A DNA stretch of 64,000 nucleotides, from the NCBI GenBank assembly GCA_047495785.1, contig JBLDXI010000046.1, positions 1,116,001-1,180,000 on the forward strand. Direction: 5' to 3'. The DNA comes from Lepidodermella squamata (taxonomy: Eukaryota > Animalia > Gastrotricha). Each line of letters begins with the position of its first letter. The first letter of the stretch is position 1. The position numbers and the translations under genes were made by a program. Of the stretch, positions 63,286-64,000 are shown piece by piece. The notes under the pieces were generated by a model, which saw nothing but the letters and a program-made list of their open reading frames with translations, was not told the origin of the DNA and did not search any database.

Positions 63286-64000
63286 TTATTCAAAAATTCC
63301 GTTTTCTTCGAAAGTTTTGATGATCAGCCGACGCTTTAGGTTCAAGGCCAGAGCCATGGGAGAAAAAGCCTGCCGATTCTTCATTGCAATGAGCTCGGGG
63401 TGATTTTTAAGAAAGAACTGCACACCTTTAACCCAATCCTCCTCAACAGCGATATGCAATACGGTGTAATCAAAACAGGCCTCGTCGCCTAAAAACGGAT
63501 TTGCGCCCTTTGAAATGAAATATTTGACTAGTTCGAGGTTTTTGCACCAAGCAGCCAAGTGGAGGGGTGATCGGCGGAATCTACTCAGCGAATTGACTGA
63601 AGCTCCGTATTTTTCAACCAACCGATTTGCAAGGAACGAGAAGCCACTTTTAGCAGCTAAATGCAATGCGTTGAAGCCATTTTCTTGATCTAAAGTATTT
63701 TTCGCTAATTCAGGGTAATAGCCCAAAATACAAATCGCTTGGTGGAAGTAGTTTTTCTTGATGGCTTTACACAGTGATTGCGTTACAACTTCAACTTTCG
63801 TATCGGATTTAACACTTTTCGTAAGTTCAAGGCACTGACCAACTATTGAGGTTTCGCCTCTATGAGCAGCTTCTTCGAACAAACTTCTCTCGTTATTTTC
63901 AATTTTTCCAAACAAGCACTGCTCTCTTGAATCCTCTGAATCGGCAATCAAATCCAAGAATCTTTGAAAGCCGTAGTAATCTCCTTCCTGTATTGCCCGT
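63286..64000 (-). CDS. TRIM-ANK gene K, ankyrin exon only (5' part lies outside the window)
   Basis: Ankyrin ORF with family-typical HIAVEEDWVKGVQFFL and C-terminal ENGIFE. Confidence 0.8.
   Translation of the reverse strand, partial: RAIQEGDYYGFQRFLDLIADSEDSREQCLFGKIENNERSLFEEAAHRGETSIVGQCLELTKSVKSDTKVEVVTQSLCKAIKKNYFHQAICILGYYPELAKNTLDQENGFNALHLAAKSGFSFLANRLVEKYGASVNSLSRFRRSPLHLAAWCKNLELVKYFISKGANPFLGDEACFDYTVLHIAVEEDWVKGVQFFLKNHPELIAMKNRQAFSPMALALNLKRRLIIKTFEENGIFE

Noticed and set aside
1-64000. tRNA, rRNA or snRNA genes
   Set aside because: None recognised by eye; tRNAscan-SE and Infernal/Rfam would be needed to exclude them.

Overview
AT-rich eukaryotic (invertebrate) genomic DNA with many ~45-60 nt GT-AG introns and T-rich TTTT(C/T)AG acceptors. 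It looks nematode-like, but the taxon cannot be fixed from the sequence. The ORF track only shows exon pieces. Once spliced, the window is dominated by a co-oriented minus-strand cluster of putative ubiquitin-ligase genes. The main family has 11 gene models (7 apparently intact, 2 disrupted, 1 ankyrin-less, 1 cut by the window edge) plus fragments. It is a six-exon TRIM-like family of ~570 aa built as NLS mini-exon, C3HC4 RING, B-box-like, coiled coil and an intronless ankyrin-repeat exon, an architecture outside the standard TRIM C-terminal classes. Two three-exon genes use the same NLS mini-exon but carry an unrecognised Cys-rich domain and a C-terminal SOCS box. Several neighbours are only 77-114 bp apart (operon-like). 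Also present: an apparently intact Crypton-type tyrosine-recombinase element, two copies of a ~2.1 kb non-coding TIR element without an obvious TSD, two small secreted PAN/apple-like genes, a frameshifted fucosyltransferase-like gene nested in a TRIM intron, an orphan 3-exon gene followed by six 18-bp palindromic sites, MITEs, and Ty3/gypsy, LINE and piggyBac debris. All family assignments come from motif recognition by eye; no database searches were run.
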